A DNA stretch of 52,599 nt from a virus (IMGVR_UViG_3300046791_000268:1-52599); one strand, 5' to 3'. Counted from the first letter of the stretch, positions 35,617 to 46,051 are shown. Numbers and translations are program-made. The notes: generated by a model from the sequence alone, not told the origin.

Positions 35617-36426
35617 TTACTGTGCGCGGTAGCCGCGCACCTCGCCTACAGCGTCAATGGCCAGCGTGCTGATTGAGAATGTGGATTTTGCGTAGTAGCC
35701 GGTTACGGTATCGCCAGCGGCAAGCGCGCAGGGCACGATCTTGGATTGCTGCGGCCAGTCTGTGGACGCGGCGCTAGGGTCCACGAAAATGTATCCAACT
35801 TCGATTGATTGAAGGGTACGCAGGGCCGCGGTTTTTGTTGCGTCGGCCGGGCTGAGTAGTTCGGCGCTCATAACCGGGCTAGGCATTGCCATGGTGACGG
35901 CGTGAACATACGCAGTGGCCTTTGCCAGGGATGTACCGCTCGTAGCGCCTGCGTTTGTGGCGTAGATGCTTGACGAAACGCGGGTCATTGTCCCCGAGTG
36001 AGCTGGCGCAACGCCATGTACAGCGGCGGTACACAGCACCACTTCCACAGGGTCGACATGCACAGGCGCGGGGCTACCGCTTGCGCCACCAGTGCCGCCC
36101 GTAGGCATCACAGCGGCTTGACCCGCTGCGCCTGAGCCAGCGGCGCCGCCTGCGCCTGCCACAGGCGCGGGGTCAGCGATGGCCGCGTCCGCTTGCTCCA
36201 CAGGCATTCCAGCGTCCGGCGTCGCTTCCGACTGGGGCTTCGGTTTGGGCTTGGGGGCCGCGCTTCCCGCGGTCTCCTGCGGCGCCGCCTGGCCCGCAAA
36301 TACCGTGGATGGACCCGTCCACTCCTGCGCAGTCCAGCCGCCGTCTGGCGCGGGCTCTGCGCCTCCGCACGCCGCTGTAAGTGTTGTCACTAGGATAAGC
36401 CACTTCGATTGATTGCAACTGCTCAT
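35617..36426 (-). CDS. Lipoprotein moron
   Basis: Signal KWLILVTTLTAAC (lipobox), Pro/Ala/Gly linker, C-terminal beta domain; upstream TTGCGT-16-CATGAT-6 nt-ATG. Confidence 0.8.
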   Translation of the reverse strand: MSSCNQSKWLILVTTLTAACGGAEPAPDGGWTAQEWTGPSTVFAGQAAPQETAGSAAPKPKPKPQSEATPDAGMPVEQADAAIADPAPVAGAGGAAGSGAAGQAAVMPTGGTGGASGSPAPVHVDPVEVVLCTAAVHGVAPAHSGTMTRVSSSIYATNAGATSGTSLAKATAYVHAVTMAMPSPVMSAELLSPADATKTAALRTLQSIEVGYIFVDPSAASTDWPQQSKIVPCALAAGDTVTGYYAKSTFSISTLAIDAVGEVRGYRAQ

Positions 36427-36508
36427 ACATTGATCATGCAAGTTTCGCTAAGCGACGCAATAGCCGATTGGCACTTGTCCAAATCGCGCGCGCGCGCGGG
36501 GGGCTACC

Positions 36509-36898
36509 GTGGCCACTCCTGATCCGTTTGGCGTCGATTTGTATGGTGTCGACGACCTAACACCCACGATGCGCACAGTCAGCGGGCCACTGGGCCTGAC
36601 GCAAGCCATCACACGGCGGCTTATCACGCCCAGCGGCGCGCTTTGGTATGACCCCGCCTACGGCTGGGATGTTCGCCGCTATCTGTCTGCGTCGATTGCG
36701 AACGTAGGACAAATCGCAGCCAGTTGTGCGCATGAGGCGGAAAAAGACGAGCGCGTAGCAAGCGCCACGGCCACGGCCACGTTTACGACAAAGACCCTGG
36801 CGATCGCTATGCACATAGTGAGCGCGTTTGGGCCTTTCACATTCACGATCACGATTGACAAGGTGACAGCTGAGCTGCTGTTGCAGGCGCCTACATGA
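36509..36898 (+). CDS. Baseplate wedge / sheath initiator (gp25/gp46-like)
   Basis: QAITRRLITPSG.L.YDPAYG...DERV. Confidence 0.8.
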   Translation: MATPDPFGVDLYGVDDLTPTMRTVSGPLGLTQAITRRLITPSGALWYDPAYGWDVRRYLSASIANVGQIAASCAHEAEKDERVASATATATFTTKTLAIAMHIVSAFGPFTFTITIDKVTAELLLQAPT

Positions 36899-38004
36899 GT
36901 CTATCGCTTGACCAGCTACTGACGCCCACTACGGAAGAAGAGGCGCTGACAACGGCGCTAGCGTTCCTGGATGACCTGGGCTTTTCCGCCAGCTCATGGC
37001 AATCGGGAAGCCTGCCGCGCGCGCTGGTCCAGCTTGTAGCGCGCTTCTACAGCGATCTTACGTACACACGTGTGACGCTGACCAAGTCGCGTTTCAACGA
37101 TAGCGCACAGGGCGACTTTTTAGACCTGTACAGCGATGACGCTTACGACAATCAGCGCATAGCGGCCGTTTACACAGAGATTACCCTTGTACTTGACGAC
37201 ACCACGAGTCACGTGGGCCCGTTTACGATCGCTGTAAACCAGCTGGTGGCGCAAGACTCTGGCGGCTATACCTATCGCAATCTGACAGGCGGCACGCTCG
37301 CAAACGGCGGCACGCTGACCCTGACGTTCAAAGCCGAGCAAGCGGGCTCTGGCCCCATTCCGCCGCTGGGCCTGGGCATTCCGCTGATAACGCCGCTGGC
37401 GGGCCTGCCTGACCCGATCGTGCAAGCCATTACGGTGGTAGGTGCGGAAAAAGAAGACGATACCAAGCTCCAAACGCGCAACCGGGCGAAGTGGGCAACG
37501 CTATCGGTGCATGCGCCTGCGGACGCGTACAAAGCGTGGGCGCTTGCGGCGGATCCCAGCGTTACGCGCGTCTACATAGACGACTTGAATCCGCGCGGGC
37601 CTGACACGATCGATATCTACATCGCAGGCGCCACCAATCCCTTGCCGCCTATCGTGGCCACAAACGTGCTGGCCTACATCGAGCCTCGCAGGGGCATCGG
37701 CGCGGACGTGGCCGTGCTGAATGCGGTTACGATAGACGTCAACATCGTGGGCACACTCTATGTGGCCGCGTCTTACGATGTTGATCACGTGTCCAACGCT
37801 GTGGAGGCGGCGCTAGAGCTGGCGTTTGACGCGATGCCAGTGGGCGGGGACGGCGGCGTAGTCCAGCTCGCCACGCTGTATACCACGATCATGCCAGTGC
37901 CTGGCGTTCGCAATGTGCATATCCTTTTGCCGTCTGGCGACGTGGCGATCGGTCCAACGCAAATCCCGATCCCAGTGGTCACACTTCCGACGCTGCTAGT
38001 CTAA
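36895..38004 (+). CDS. Baseplate J-like protein
   Basis: AQGDFLD, AEQAG, GAEKEDD..L..R, AYKAWAL, RGPDTIDIY. Confidence 0.92.
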   Translation: MSLSLDQLLTPTTEEEALTTALAFLDDLGFSASSWQSGSLPRALVQLVARFYSDLTYTRVTLTKSRFNDSAQGDFLDLYSDDAYDNQRIAAVYTEITLVLDDTTSHVGPFTIAVNQLVAQDSGGYTYRNLTGGTLANGGTLTLTFKAEQAGSGPIPPLGLGIPLITPLAGLPDPIVQAITVVGAEKEDDTKLQTRNRAKWATLSVHAPADAYKAWALAADPSVTRVYIDDLNPRGPDTIDIYIAGATNPLPPIVATNVLAYIEPRRGIGADVAVLNAVTIDVNIVGTLYVAASYDVDHVSNAVEAALELAFDAMPVGGDGGVVQLATLYTTIMPVPGVRNVHILLPSGDVAIGPTQIPIPVVTLPTLLV

Positions 38005-38006
38005 GC

Positions 38007-38666
38007 ATGGCCAACTTCCAGACGTATAGGCGCTGGGCTAAGACCCTGGCCACTAACGCGTTACACGGTGAATGGGGAGACAAGTTTGCGCAGGCGTTCG
38101 CGCTGCTATTCGACATAGAGGCGGAAGCCGCTATGGAGGCTGGCGCGTGTAACCAGCTGCCGGCCCCGACGTTCCCGGTTGAGTCGCTTTCGCCGAAAGG
38201 CAATGAGCGTCAGATTGAGCGTTACCCGGGCGATACCGACGAAATCTACAAAGAACGCGTAGCGGGCGCATGGGTCGCCTGGTCGCAGGCTGGCACGGTC
38301 CCCGGCATGCTATCGCAGCTGACGGCGGCGGGCTTTGATGCAGAGATCAAAGAATGCCGTGACTGGGATTGGGATGGGGACACGGCGAACCGATCGCGGT
38401 TTTGGGTGATTCTGCATAACACCGGCTGGACGCCCCGCCTTTGGGGCGATGGCCACGTGTGGGGCGTTGGCGTGTGGGGCGTGGACGCGCCTATAGAAGA
38501 AGTAAACCTGTTGGTCCGCATCGTGATGAAGTGGAAACCCGGCCACATGGTGCCCATTATCATCGTGGTGCTGGATGAGGCGGCCTGGGCGGCGGATCAG
38601 CCCGATGGCACATGGGGCGATGCCGCAAACCGCAACCCCGCAGCGCTCTATCACTACTTTCGCTGA
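38007..38666 (+). CDS. Baseplate wedge / tail protein I-like
   Basis: After J; ETDE-like ..Y.ER, GT..G, WKPGH. Confidence 0.75.
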   Translation: MANFQTYRRWAKTLATNALHGEWGDKFAQAFALLFDIEAEAAMEAGACNQLPAPTFPVESLSPKGNERQIERYPGDTDEIYKERVAGAWVAWSQAGTVPGMLSQLTAAGFDAEIKECRDWDWDGDTANRSRFWVILHNTGWTPRLWGDGHVWGVGVWGVDAPIEEVNLLVRIVMKWKPGHMVPIIIVVLDEAAWAADQPDGTWGDAANRNPAALYHYFR

Positions 38667-38679
38667 CTGTTAGATCGCT

Positions 38680-39699
38680 ATGCCAACAAACTACACGCCA
38701 GTCCCGGGCAACGCCCCGGCTGTGATCACGCTTCCGTCCGATTTGGACGCTGCATCAGCAGAGTCAGTCAATCTCGCGTTCCGCGCGTTGGCTGACAACA
38801 TGATGGGCCTGACCGCGATCCTGGACCAGCCCAATGAGTTCACCGGCGCGCCTATCATCGTCAATGTTACTAACGCGGAAACCGCGGCGCTTGTCACGCA
38901 AACGATAGCGGCTGACGATGCGAACGCCGCGAACATCTGGAAGGCGGTTTTAGGCTTCAACGTTGGCAGTTACTACGTCAACATTTACGTGGGCCGCGAC
39001 GGGGCCGCGGAGCAGTTCATTTTTGCGGTCAACGGCGTGTGGAATGCTGTCACGCAAGTCTGGATCGCGGATGACCATTTACACCCGTCACTGGCGCTGA
39101 TTTTGTCGGTTGACGGCGCGCGCATTTCGCATCGTGGCGCGGGGTTTGGCTCGTGGACTACCTGGCCCACAACCAGCGGCGATCTATCACTGGGCGGTAC
39201 TCTGTTTGCTGCGGCTGCGGCTGTCGTGGGCGATATTGCGGCAGGCACGGGCAACTTCGCGTACGCCCCTGCGCGCGTGCGTACCAGCATGATGCCAACA
39301 GGCGTTGTCTGCGCTGGTGGCCACAACGGCGGTAACGGCGAAGTGCTTACGAATGGCTCGCGTTCGTATGTGTATTTCAGCCTCAATCTACCTAGCAACT
39401 CCCCGGGCGGCACAATCGAAATCGTGCACCACCAGAGCACGGCCACCCCTAGCGTATTTCGCCTAGAGGTGATTACGTGCAACTTCGCAGCCCCCGCGGC
39501 CTGTTCGTCGGCATGGATCGGCACGGCCACGGGGCCCACAGCGTCGGGCTACTACAAAGCCACGATCGATCTAACGCTCTTGACGTTTGACCAAACCAAG
39601 GAATACCGATTGCAGTGGTATCCGGGTGACGCGGCGGACGCGGTAGAGGGGATCCGGATGGTCGCCTGGGAAGATAACGGCCCCTTCAATGATCTGTAA
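38680..39699 (+). CDS. Tail fibre protein (proximal)
   Basis: After the wedge gene; VN.AFRALAD N-terminal anchor. Confidence 0.65.
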   Translation: MPTNYTPVPGNAPAVITLPSDLDAASAESVNLAFRALADNMMGLTAILDQPNEFTGAPIIVNVTNAETAALVTQTIAADDANAANIWKAVLGFNVGSYYVNIYVGRDGAAEQFIFAVNGVWNAVTQVWIADDHLHPSLALILSVDGARISHRGAGFGSWTTWPTTSGDLSLGGTLFAAAAAVVGDIAAGTGNFAYAPARVRTSMMPTGVVCAGGHNGGNGEVLTNGSRSYVYFSLNLPSNSPGGTIEIVHHQSTATPSVFRLEVITCNFAAPAACSSAWIGTATGPTASGYYKATIDLTLLTFDQTKEYRLQWYPGDAADAVEGIRMVAWEDNGPFNDL

Positions 39700-39708
39700 G
39701 GTCAAGCC

Positions 39709-40188
39709 ATGCCATTCCTAGACGACTTGCCCGGCATCCACGACGTCACGGTCAACGGGGGTAGTACCGTGCCGCGGCGCAGCGTTCTAAATGTCGTCGG
39801 GCTGGGCATTACCATCACAGACAACAAGCTTGCGGGGCGTACCGATCTAAGCCTGCCAGCGACCGCCAGCGGCACGACAATCACGCCCCCCACGCTGACC
39901 AGCGACGTGAATGACTACCTGCCAGCGGGGCACGCAGGCGCGACGCTAGAGCGCTGGTCAGCGGACGCCACACCGCGAAACGTGACGGGGCTGGACGCTG
40001 GCGGGCTTCCGCGTCTGGTGATTTGCAACGTAGGCGCCACCACGATTACGCTCAAACATGAGAGTGCAAGCTCGCTGGCCGCGAACCGTTTCACGTGTCC
40101 GGCCAGTGCGGATTTCGCGCTAACGCAGGCGTTTAGCGTGGCACTGGTACGCGATCCGGTCAGCTTGCGCTGGCGTGTGGTGACCTGA
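39709..40188 (+). CDS. Tail fibre-associated protein
   Basis: N-terminus paralogous to the next gene. Confidence 0.65.
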   Translation: MPFLDDLPGIHDVTVNGGSTVPRRSVLNVVGLGITITDNKLAGRTDLSLPATASGTTITPPTLTSDVNDYLPAGHAGATLERWSADATPRNVTGLDAGGLPRLVICNVGATTITLKHESASSLAANRFTCPASADFALTQAFSVALVRDPVSLRWRVVT

Positions 40189-40751
40189 TGGGGCACGGCG
40201 TTCTGACAGACATCCTGGGGCCCTGGGATATCTCAATCAATGGTGAACCGTCCTACCCGTTGCGCAAGGTTCTGAACGTCATCGGCTCCGCTGTTGCGGC
40301 CACTGACAACCCTGGACGTGGCCGCACTGACTTGTCACTTGGGATCGGCACGCTGGCCTACAACTCGCTTACGCGCTCGTTTCCGGGCGAATGGCAGCCG
40401 CTGGCGGTCACGGAGGGCATGACGGATCTGGACCTGTTGCGCGTGCAGGCGACGGTGGCCGGCGTCATCATGACGGGTTTCGACGTCTCAGGCGAGCCCA
40501 CGCAAAGCGAAAAATACCTCGCAAACTACGGCGCAAACCCGATTGAACTACGGCCGCCTACAACGCTGCTAGGTGGTCATGCGTACTTTGCTGACAGCTA
40601 CACGCTGCGCATCAATGAAACGGTTCACCTCATCTACGACAGTGAAGACGGCGTGTATCGCATCCTAGGCGCGGTGTTCAGCACGTTTAGCTACCTGGCC
40701 GTGGGCGGAGCGCACCTCACTGTCAACGGCGACCGCTTGCACGTCGGATAA
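40188..40751 (+). CDS. Tail fibre-associated protein
   Basis: LNVIG...TDNPGRGRTDLSL shared with the previous gene. Confidence 0.65.
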   Translation: MGHGVLTDILGPWDISINGEPSYPLRKVLNVIGSAVAATDNPGRGRTDLSLGIGTLAYNSLTRSFPGEWQPLAVTEGMTDLDLLRVQATVAGVIMTGFDVSGEPTQSEKYLANYGANPIELRPPTTLLGGHAYFADSYTLRINETVHLIYDSEDGVYRILGAVFSTFSYLAVGGAHLTVNGDRLHVG

Positions 40752-40753
40752 CC

Positions 40754-40930
40754 ATGCAACTCGCAATCGCGATCGCGCTGGCCATGGGCTGCGGCGCGTG
40801 TGCGCCCGAGTTTGCTTTGCAGCGGCCTACCAGCATCCATTGCAGCTGTGTGTGCGAACGCAAGCCGCATGACCTGCAGTGCCCCGAGACACGGCCACGC
40901 CCCGCTGGGCCGGCGCCTGCGCCCAAGTAA
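40754..40930 (+). CDS. Small Cys-rich, possibly lipoprotein (58 aa, not in ORF track)
   Basis: MQLAIAIALAMGC...; fills the gap in the operon. Confidence 0.5.
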   Translation: MQLAIAIALAMGCGACAPEFALQRPTSIHCSCVCERKPHDLQCPETRPRPAGPAPAPK

Positions 40931-40945
40931 GGATCTGACACTTTC

Positions 40946-41740
40946 ATGGCAGACATTGAACTTCTAACGCTGGCGCGGATGAACTGGCCGCACAGTGTTA
41001 TCAGCGCCACGCTGACGGCGCCTCCCGGGTCCCCTGTGGCAGGAGACCCGTATATCGTGGCCGCGTCACCCACGGGCGCGTGGGCCGGTCAGGCGACCAA
41101 GATCGCGCGCTGGTCCGGCACTGTTTGGGAGTTTCAAACGCCGGGGCTAGGGCGCACCGTTTACAATGAAGCCACGTCTGGCGTTCTGCGCTGGACAGGC
41201 GCCGCATGGGTTGACCCAAGTCCAGCCTCCCTGACGGCGTCCATTTACGACGCTAACACGGTGCTTGCGGCGGACGTTGACGACACGCCGCACACGGTTA
41301 CGATGGCGGCGTCTACCACGCTGGCGCGCCTCGCAAGCGGAAACATCAAAGCGGCGAGCGTCGCAGAAATGCAGGCGCTGCTAAGCATCAGTGTTAGCGG
41401 CGGCGGCGCGATCACGGCGTTCGCATGGGCCTCGAACGCTGCGACACTCTCTCTGCTCACCTCTAAGAACTGGGCGGCGTCTAACACGCTAACTGGTAAC
41501 AGCACGATTACGATTACAAACGGCGTTGAGGGCGACTACGGAACTATCTATGTTCGGCAGGATGGCACGGGTACCCGCACGCTGACATTTACCGTTGCGG
41601 GACGGACGATCTTGCGCGACGCCAACGCTATCGACGATAACCCGCAGAGCTTCAATAGCACTATCACAGCATATAACTATCAGTTTGTGACGATGACGGG
41701 GGGCGTGTACATACGCATTACGAAAGTGTTTCTCGCATGA
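40946..41740 (+). CDS. DUF2793-domain tail protein
   Basis: APPGSPVAGDPYIVAASPTGAWAGQ..KIA.W. Confidence 0.8.
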   Translation: MADIELLTLARMNWPHSVISATLTAPPGSPVAGDPYIVAASPTGAWAGQATKIARWSGTVWEFQTPGLGRTVYNEATSGVLRWTGAAWVDPSPASLTASIYDANTVLAADVDDTPHTVTMAASTTLARLASGNIKAASVAEMQALLSISVSGGGAITAFAWASNAATLSLLTSKNWAASNTLTGNSTITITNGVEGDYGTIYVRQDGTGTRTLTFTVAGRTILRDANAIDDNPQSFNSTITAYNYQFVTMTGGVYIRITKVFLA

Positions 41741-42606
41741 TGGGGGCACAGTCAGAGCGCATGTTGCTGCAAGCGATCAGCGCTCGCCCGAACTTCATCG
41801 GCGGAACTATGCGTTTCAACGCCGGTTACGGCGGGCCGATCTTGCAGATATACAACGGGACAACGGTGCAAGATGTCTCATCGGTCAACGCGATCGGGGC
41901 GTTCTGCGGCGCGAGCAATGGATTCGTTGCGAAGATCTATGATCAGTCAGGCAACGGCCGCGACTTCACGCAAGCGACCACCACTGCGCGCCCGAAGATA
42001 TATGATGGCGCGACCACTGCCCTGCTTCGCGCAACTCCACACGGTCCAGCTGTAATGTCGTTCGATGGCGTGGACGATTACCTGCCGCGTGCAGCGGATG
42101 GCTGCGGGCTTGTTGGCGCGCCGTCATTCACCTATTGGCAGATGAACAAGGTAACGTTCAACGCTAGCAGCGGGTATGCACACTTTGGAACCACGGGGAC
42201 CACTGGCGGCGACTTCACGCCGCAGATTATCTACAACTACAACGGGCTCGGCATAGACGCTCCGCGCATCACCAGCACGAGCGCGATGGAAGTCTACTAT
42301 CAAGACACTCTGCCAGGCGGGGAAACGTCCACCGCGTTCCACGAAGACGTTATAAATCATGTCGGCGGGACCAGCGGCAGCGGGCGCATTACATGGAACC
42401 TAAACGGCACATCGTTGCCGCCTACCGATCAAACGGTTGGCACGCAAAACCTCAATAACACGGCATCGGGGATCGGCGCGCGCACCGCAGGCAATCTTCC
42501 TTTCAAGGGAAGCTTTGCATGCCTCGCGATATGGAGCCCGCAGCTGTCAGCGGCAGACTTCGCTGTGTTGAAACGGTTTAGTCAAACGTGGCGCTCGCAA
42601 GCGTGA
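41737..42606 (+). CDS. Lectin/LamG-like receptor-binding protein
   Basis: YDQSGNGRDFTQ...RP, FDGVDDYL, IGAR...F.G. Confidence 0.75.
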   Translation: MMGAQSERMLLQAISARPNFIGGTMRFNAGYGGPILQIYNGTTVQDVSSVNAIGAFCGASNGFVAKIYDQSGNGRDFTQATTTARPKIYDGATTALLRATPHGPAVMSFDGVDDYLPRAADGCGLVGAPSFTYWQMNKVTFNASSGYAHFGTTGTTGGDFTPQIIYNYNGLGIDAPRITSTSAMEVYYQDTLPGGETSTAFHEDVINHVGGTSGSGRITWNLNGTSLPPTDQTVGTQNLNNTASGIGARTAGNLPFKGSFACLAIWSPQLSAADFAVLKRFSQTWRSQA

Positions 42607-42655
42607 CGGGAGACCTATACAACGCTGCTGGACCTATGCTGAAAGGGCACTTTAT

Positions 42656-43006
42656 ATGTCTGCCACTATCGTAAGCGGCTACTTTCCGGGGCAGTCTCAA
42701 GCGGCAAGCGAAGGCGCCTTGATCGCGGCCGATCTTGTATGTCCGAATGTCTGCATGCTGCAATGCGTTGTCGGCTACAACGCAGGCGCAGGCCTGCTCT
42801 ATGTCCAGCTATTCGACAAGACCACCGCGCCCATCGCTGGTGACGTGCCAGAGATATCCATACCGGTGCCAGGCGGCCGTACGCCGTTCTCCCTGTCTAT
42901 GCCATATGCGTTCACGTTAGGATGCGCGATCGGCATTAGCAGCACTGAGTTTACATACACATCGGGCGGCAACTCGCTCGCCTACGCGGCGACGGTTCAC
43001 CTGTGA
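42656..43006 (+). CDS. Virion structural protein
   Basis: YVQLFDKTTAP..GDVP pattern. Confidence 0.65.
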   Translation: MSATIVSGYFPGQSQAASEGALIAADLVCPNVCMLQCVVGYNAGAGLLYVQLFDKTTAPIAGDVPEISIPVPGGRTPFSLSMPYAFTLGCAIGISSTEFTYTSGGNSLAYAATVHL

Positions 43007-44445
43007 GCGGCGAACAGTTTTACGGTGGGCTACGCGTAGGCGCGGCGGGTGCGAGCGCTCCCACGGGCGCGGGCGCAGCCACGCCGCCGCTCACGAGCGC
43101 GCGGACGATTCATGTGGATAGCGCGACGGGCAGTGACAACACCGGCGACGGCTCAAGCGCTAGACCTTGGCAGACCTTGGCCAAAGCGTGGGCCGACCGA
43201 AAGGTATACGACGAGTTGCGTGCTATCTACACGATCCAGCTGCATGGCGTCGGGCCGTACACGATGCCTATCATGATGGGAAGCTATGCCGGTGACGGGG
43301 GTTTTTTTGTGTTGCTGGGTGATCCCAGTGTTGACGTCACTGCTATCAGTGGAACGTTTACGGGCGACGTCAACACGACGACTTTCATAGTGCCTACGTC
43401 TGCAGGGCTTGGCGTGGATACGCACAAGGGAAAGTTTCTCTACATCACTAGCGGCGCATGCGCTGGCGTGCGGAGCACTGTCCTAGCCACGACCGATACA
43501 TCGATCACGGTGCCTCTGACTGACTGGCGAACGACGCTCGGAGCCATAGTCGCAGGCGACACATTTAGCATCAAGACTCCGGGAACTGTCATCAACGTTC
43601 CCACTATTTCGACAGCATCGGGCCAGCCAAACTCAACCTTCATAAACTGCACTGGCGGCGGCGCATATCCTAACGGCCCAAGCGTTGGAGACTCCCCGAC
43701 AAAGCACTGGGTTGTCGGATGTTCCTTCACGGGCGCGGCCCTACGGATGAAGCGCAGCTCCATGATCTTCGCCGGATGCGTGTTCACGCAGCCGTTCCAA
43801 AACTACGGCAGCGAACTACAGATAGGAGGTATTTCAAATGGGTTTGCGGCTGGCGTCGGTGCGGACACTAAGACTGACAAACTTACCGGATATGGCTGCG
43901 CGACCAACTCACAGGTTATAAACGGGATGAATGCTACTGCCGGCATATTTGGACTATACACTTCATCAACAGGCACGTTGTCATGCGGCACCGTAAGCCA
44001 AGCTGACTACATGTTCCTAAATGGCTGTCGGCTGGAAGGCTCTCTGTTCATGAACACTGGGCGCGTAGAAGGCAACGGCGCCTGCCTAAACATATTCAAT
44101 AAGACGATAACACTCCAATCGTTTGCTACGCTGGTCATCAATGGCGGCACGTGGAACTTTGCTGTCACAAGTGGTGAGTGCATCTTAGTCAAGCAAGGTT
44201 CCACGGCAGTTATATCGTTCGGCACCGCGACGGGTGGAACTACTGACGCCGCTAGCGTAGCCATGCGTGCTCTCAGTGGTTCTAAAATCATCATGGTCAA
44301 CAAAGCTCCTACGCTCACTGGCGTAGCAGGCGCAGACATGAAGGCCGACAGCACGGCGGCGATCGCGAACGCGACGCTATCCGCAAACGGTCAAAGCACG
44401 CTCGATGCCGCCACGCAGGCGATCATTATGCGCGTTGCGGCATGA
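43003..44445 (+). CDS. Tail spike / beta-helix-like protein A
   Basis: VDSATGSD..GDGS.ARPWQTL.KA motif; Thr/Gly-rich. Confidence 0.75.
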   Translation: MSGEQFYGGLRVGAAGASAPTGAGAATPPLTSARTIHVDSATGSDNTGDGSSARPWQTLAKAWADRKVYDELRAIYTIQLHGVGPYTMPIMMGSYAGDGGFFVLLGDPSVDVTAISGTFTGDVNTTTFIVPTSAGLGVDTHKGKFLYITSGACAGVRSTVLATTDTSITVPLTDWRTTLGAIVAGDTFSIKTPGTVINVPTISTASGQPNSTFINCTGGGAYPNGPSVGDSPTKHWVVGCSFTGAALRMKRSSMIFAGCVFTQPFQNYGSELQIGGISNGFAAGVGADTKTDKLTGYGCATNSQVINGMNATAGIFGLYTSSTGTLSCGTVSQADYMFLNGCRLEGSLFMNTGRVEGNGACLNIFNKTITLQSFATLVINGGTWNFAVTSGECILVKQGSTAVISFGTATGGTTDAASVAMRALSGSKIIMVNKAPTLTGVAGADMKADSTAAIANATLSANGQSTLDAATQAIIMRVAA

Positions 44446-44470
44446 CGCGCTTGGTGGAGGGAACACAGCT

Positions 44471-45931
44471 ATGAGCGGCGAACAGTTTTACGGCGGGCTG
44501 CGCGTAGGCGCAGCGGGCGCGAGCGCTCCTACGGGATCGGGCGCAGCCACGCCGCCACTCACAGCGGCGCGCACGGTCCACGTTGATAGCGCGGCGGGCA
44601 ATGACGCGACGGGCGATGGGTCCGCGGCGCTACCGTTTGCGACGCTTGCGCGTGCGTGGACGGAGCGGCTTACGTATGGCGAGCTACGCGCGAGGCTGAT
44701 TATACAGCTGCATGGCGTGGGTCCATACACTATGCCGGTTATGGGCGCTAGCGTCTGTGGTGACGGCGGTTACCTTCAGGTGTTTGGCGATCCCGCTGTA
44801 GATATCGCGGTGGCCGCTGGAACCTTTACGGGCGACCTAAACACGACCACGTACACACTGCCGACGTCGGCGGGCTTGGGCGTCAACACGCTCAAGAATG
44901 CGTTTCTTGAGATCACGAGTGGCGCGTGCGTGGGCGTACGCTCGAACATCGTACTCAACACAGACGCAAGTATCACGATTCCGTTTCGTGCGTGGCGTGC
45001 GTCGCTAGCTGTAGCTGTTGCGAGCGGCGACACATTCAGAGTATTTCAGCCGGGTACTGTGATCAACTTTGCGGCGGCCGCCACGGGCACGATCGCGCCC
45101 GGCTGCTATGACTGGATCGGCAGCGCTGAATACCCACTGTCGTATGCAAGCGGCGGCGTAGCGCGGCACGGGTTTTACAATCTACAGTTCAGCGGAACAC
45201 AGCTAAGCACGCGAAACGCGGCAGTGCAGTTGATCGGCGTGCGGGCCACTCTAAGCATTGTGTGGTTTGACCGCAGCACAATCAGCGCGGGCGGGCCGAG
45301 CAACGGTGCAACGTGGGGCGTGGGCGCTTCCGCGATTACAAACCTGATATCCTCTTACGGTCTTGTCGATACAGCCTCGACATTCCTGATCGGCAATCGA
45401 TCGATCTTGGCCGGTGTGCTTTGCGTAAAAACTTCACTGAATATCGGCACCGAGATTGCTGGCGAGGGGGACATTGTGTTGCAAAAGGGCGGCCGATATG
45501 AGGGCGGGATCACTCTGACGGGCGGAACCTTCGAAAGCAACGGCGGCGGCAACACGTACACTTATATCCAAGGAACACTAACGATCAACAAAGGCGGCAA
45601 GCTGTATCTGTTTACGGGTACCACCACGACGTCTAAGGCCGTGTTCGCGGTCACGGTCGGAAGCTGCATCGACGTGGCCGACAGCTCGCTGGTAGAGATC
45701 GTCACCACGGGCGGACTGTCAGGCGGCACTACCGATGCTGCCGGTTATGGCATCCGGCTGCGGGCAGGCGGCGGCAGCGTGTTGCTAAACGGCGCGTTTA
45801 CGCTCACAGGCGGCACGCTGAACGCTGACGTAAAGACGGCTGTGGCGGCGGCCACTGCCAACTCGTTCTTTACGGCGGCCAACATCTTCATCAACGACAT
45901 GGGCGGCGCGGGTTTGGTGGCGCGGATATGA
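44471..45931 (+). CDS. Tail spike / beta-helix-like protein B (paralog of A)
   Basis: Near-identical N-terminus MSGEQFYGGLRVGAAG; SD GGAGGG. Confidence 0.75.
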   Translation: MSGEQFYGGLRVGAAGASAPTGSGAATPPLTAARTVHVDSAAGNDATGDGSAALPFATLARAWTERLTYGELRARLIIQLHGVGPYTMPVMGASVCGDGGYLQVFGDPAVDIAVAAGTFTGDLNTTTYTLPTSAGLGVNTLKNAFLEITSGACVGVRSNIVLNTDASITIPFRAWRASLAVAVASGDTFRVFQPGTVINFAAAATGTIAPGCYDWIGSAEYPLSYASGGVARHGFYNLQFSGTQLSTRNAAVQLIGVRATLSIVWFDRSTISAGGPSNGATWGVGASAITNLISSYGLVDTASTFLIGNRSILAGVLCVKTSLNIGTEIAGEGDIVLQKGGRYEGGITLTGGTFESNGGGNTYTYIQGTLTINKGGKLYLFTGTTTTSKAVFAVTVGSCIDVADSSLVEIVTTGGLSGGTTDAAGYGIRLRAGGGSVLLNGAFTLTGGTLNADVKTAVAAATANSFFTAANIFINDMGGAGLVARI

Positions 45932-46013
45932 CCCCTTGACAGCCACATAAGCCAGCGCCACAGTGCGCTTGCGCTTTGCGGGCTCTGCGTGCCTCCTCTG
46001 AACGTTGCCAAGC

Positions 46014-46051
46014 AAAACCGCCTACCCCTTGCAGTGGGGTAGGCGGTTTTT
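46014..46051. terminator. Bidirectional Rho-independent terminator ending the late operon
   Basis: aaaaccgcctacccc-ttgcagt-ggggtaggcggttttt. Confidence 0.85.

Noticed and set aside
43003-45931. Diversity-generating retroelement or shufflon acting on the tail spikes
   Set aside because: No reverse transcriptase or invertase; both genes are co-directional and differences are mostly third-position, not adenine-specific
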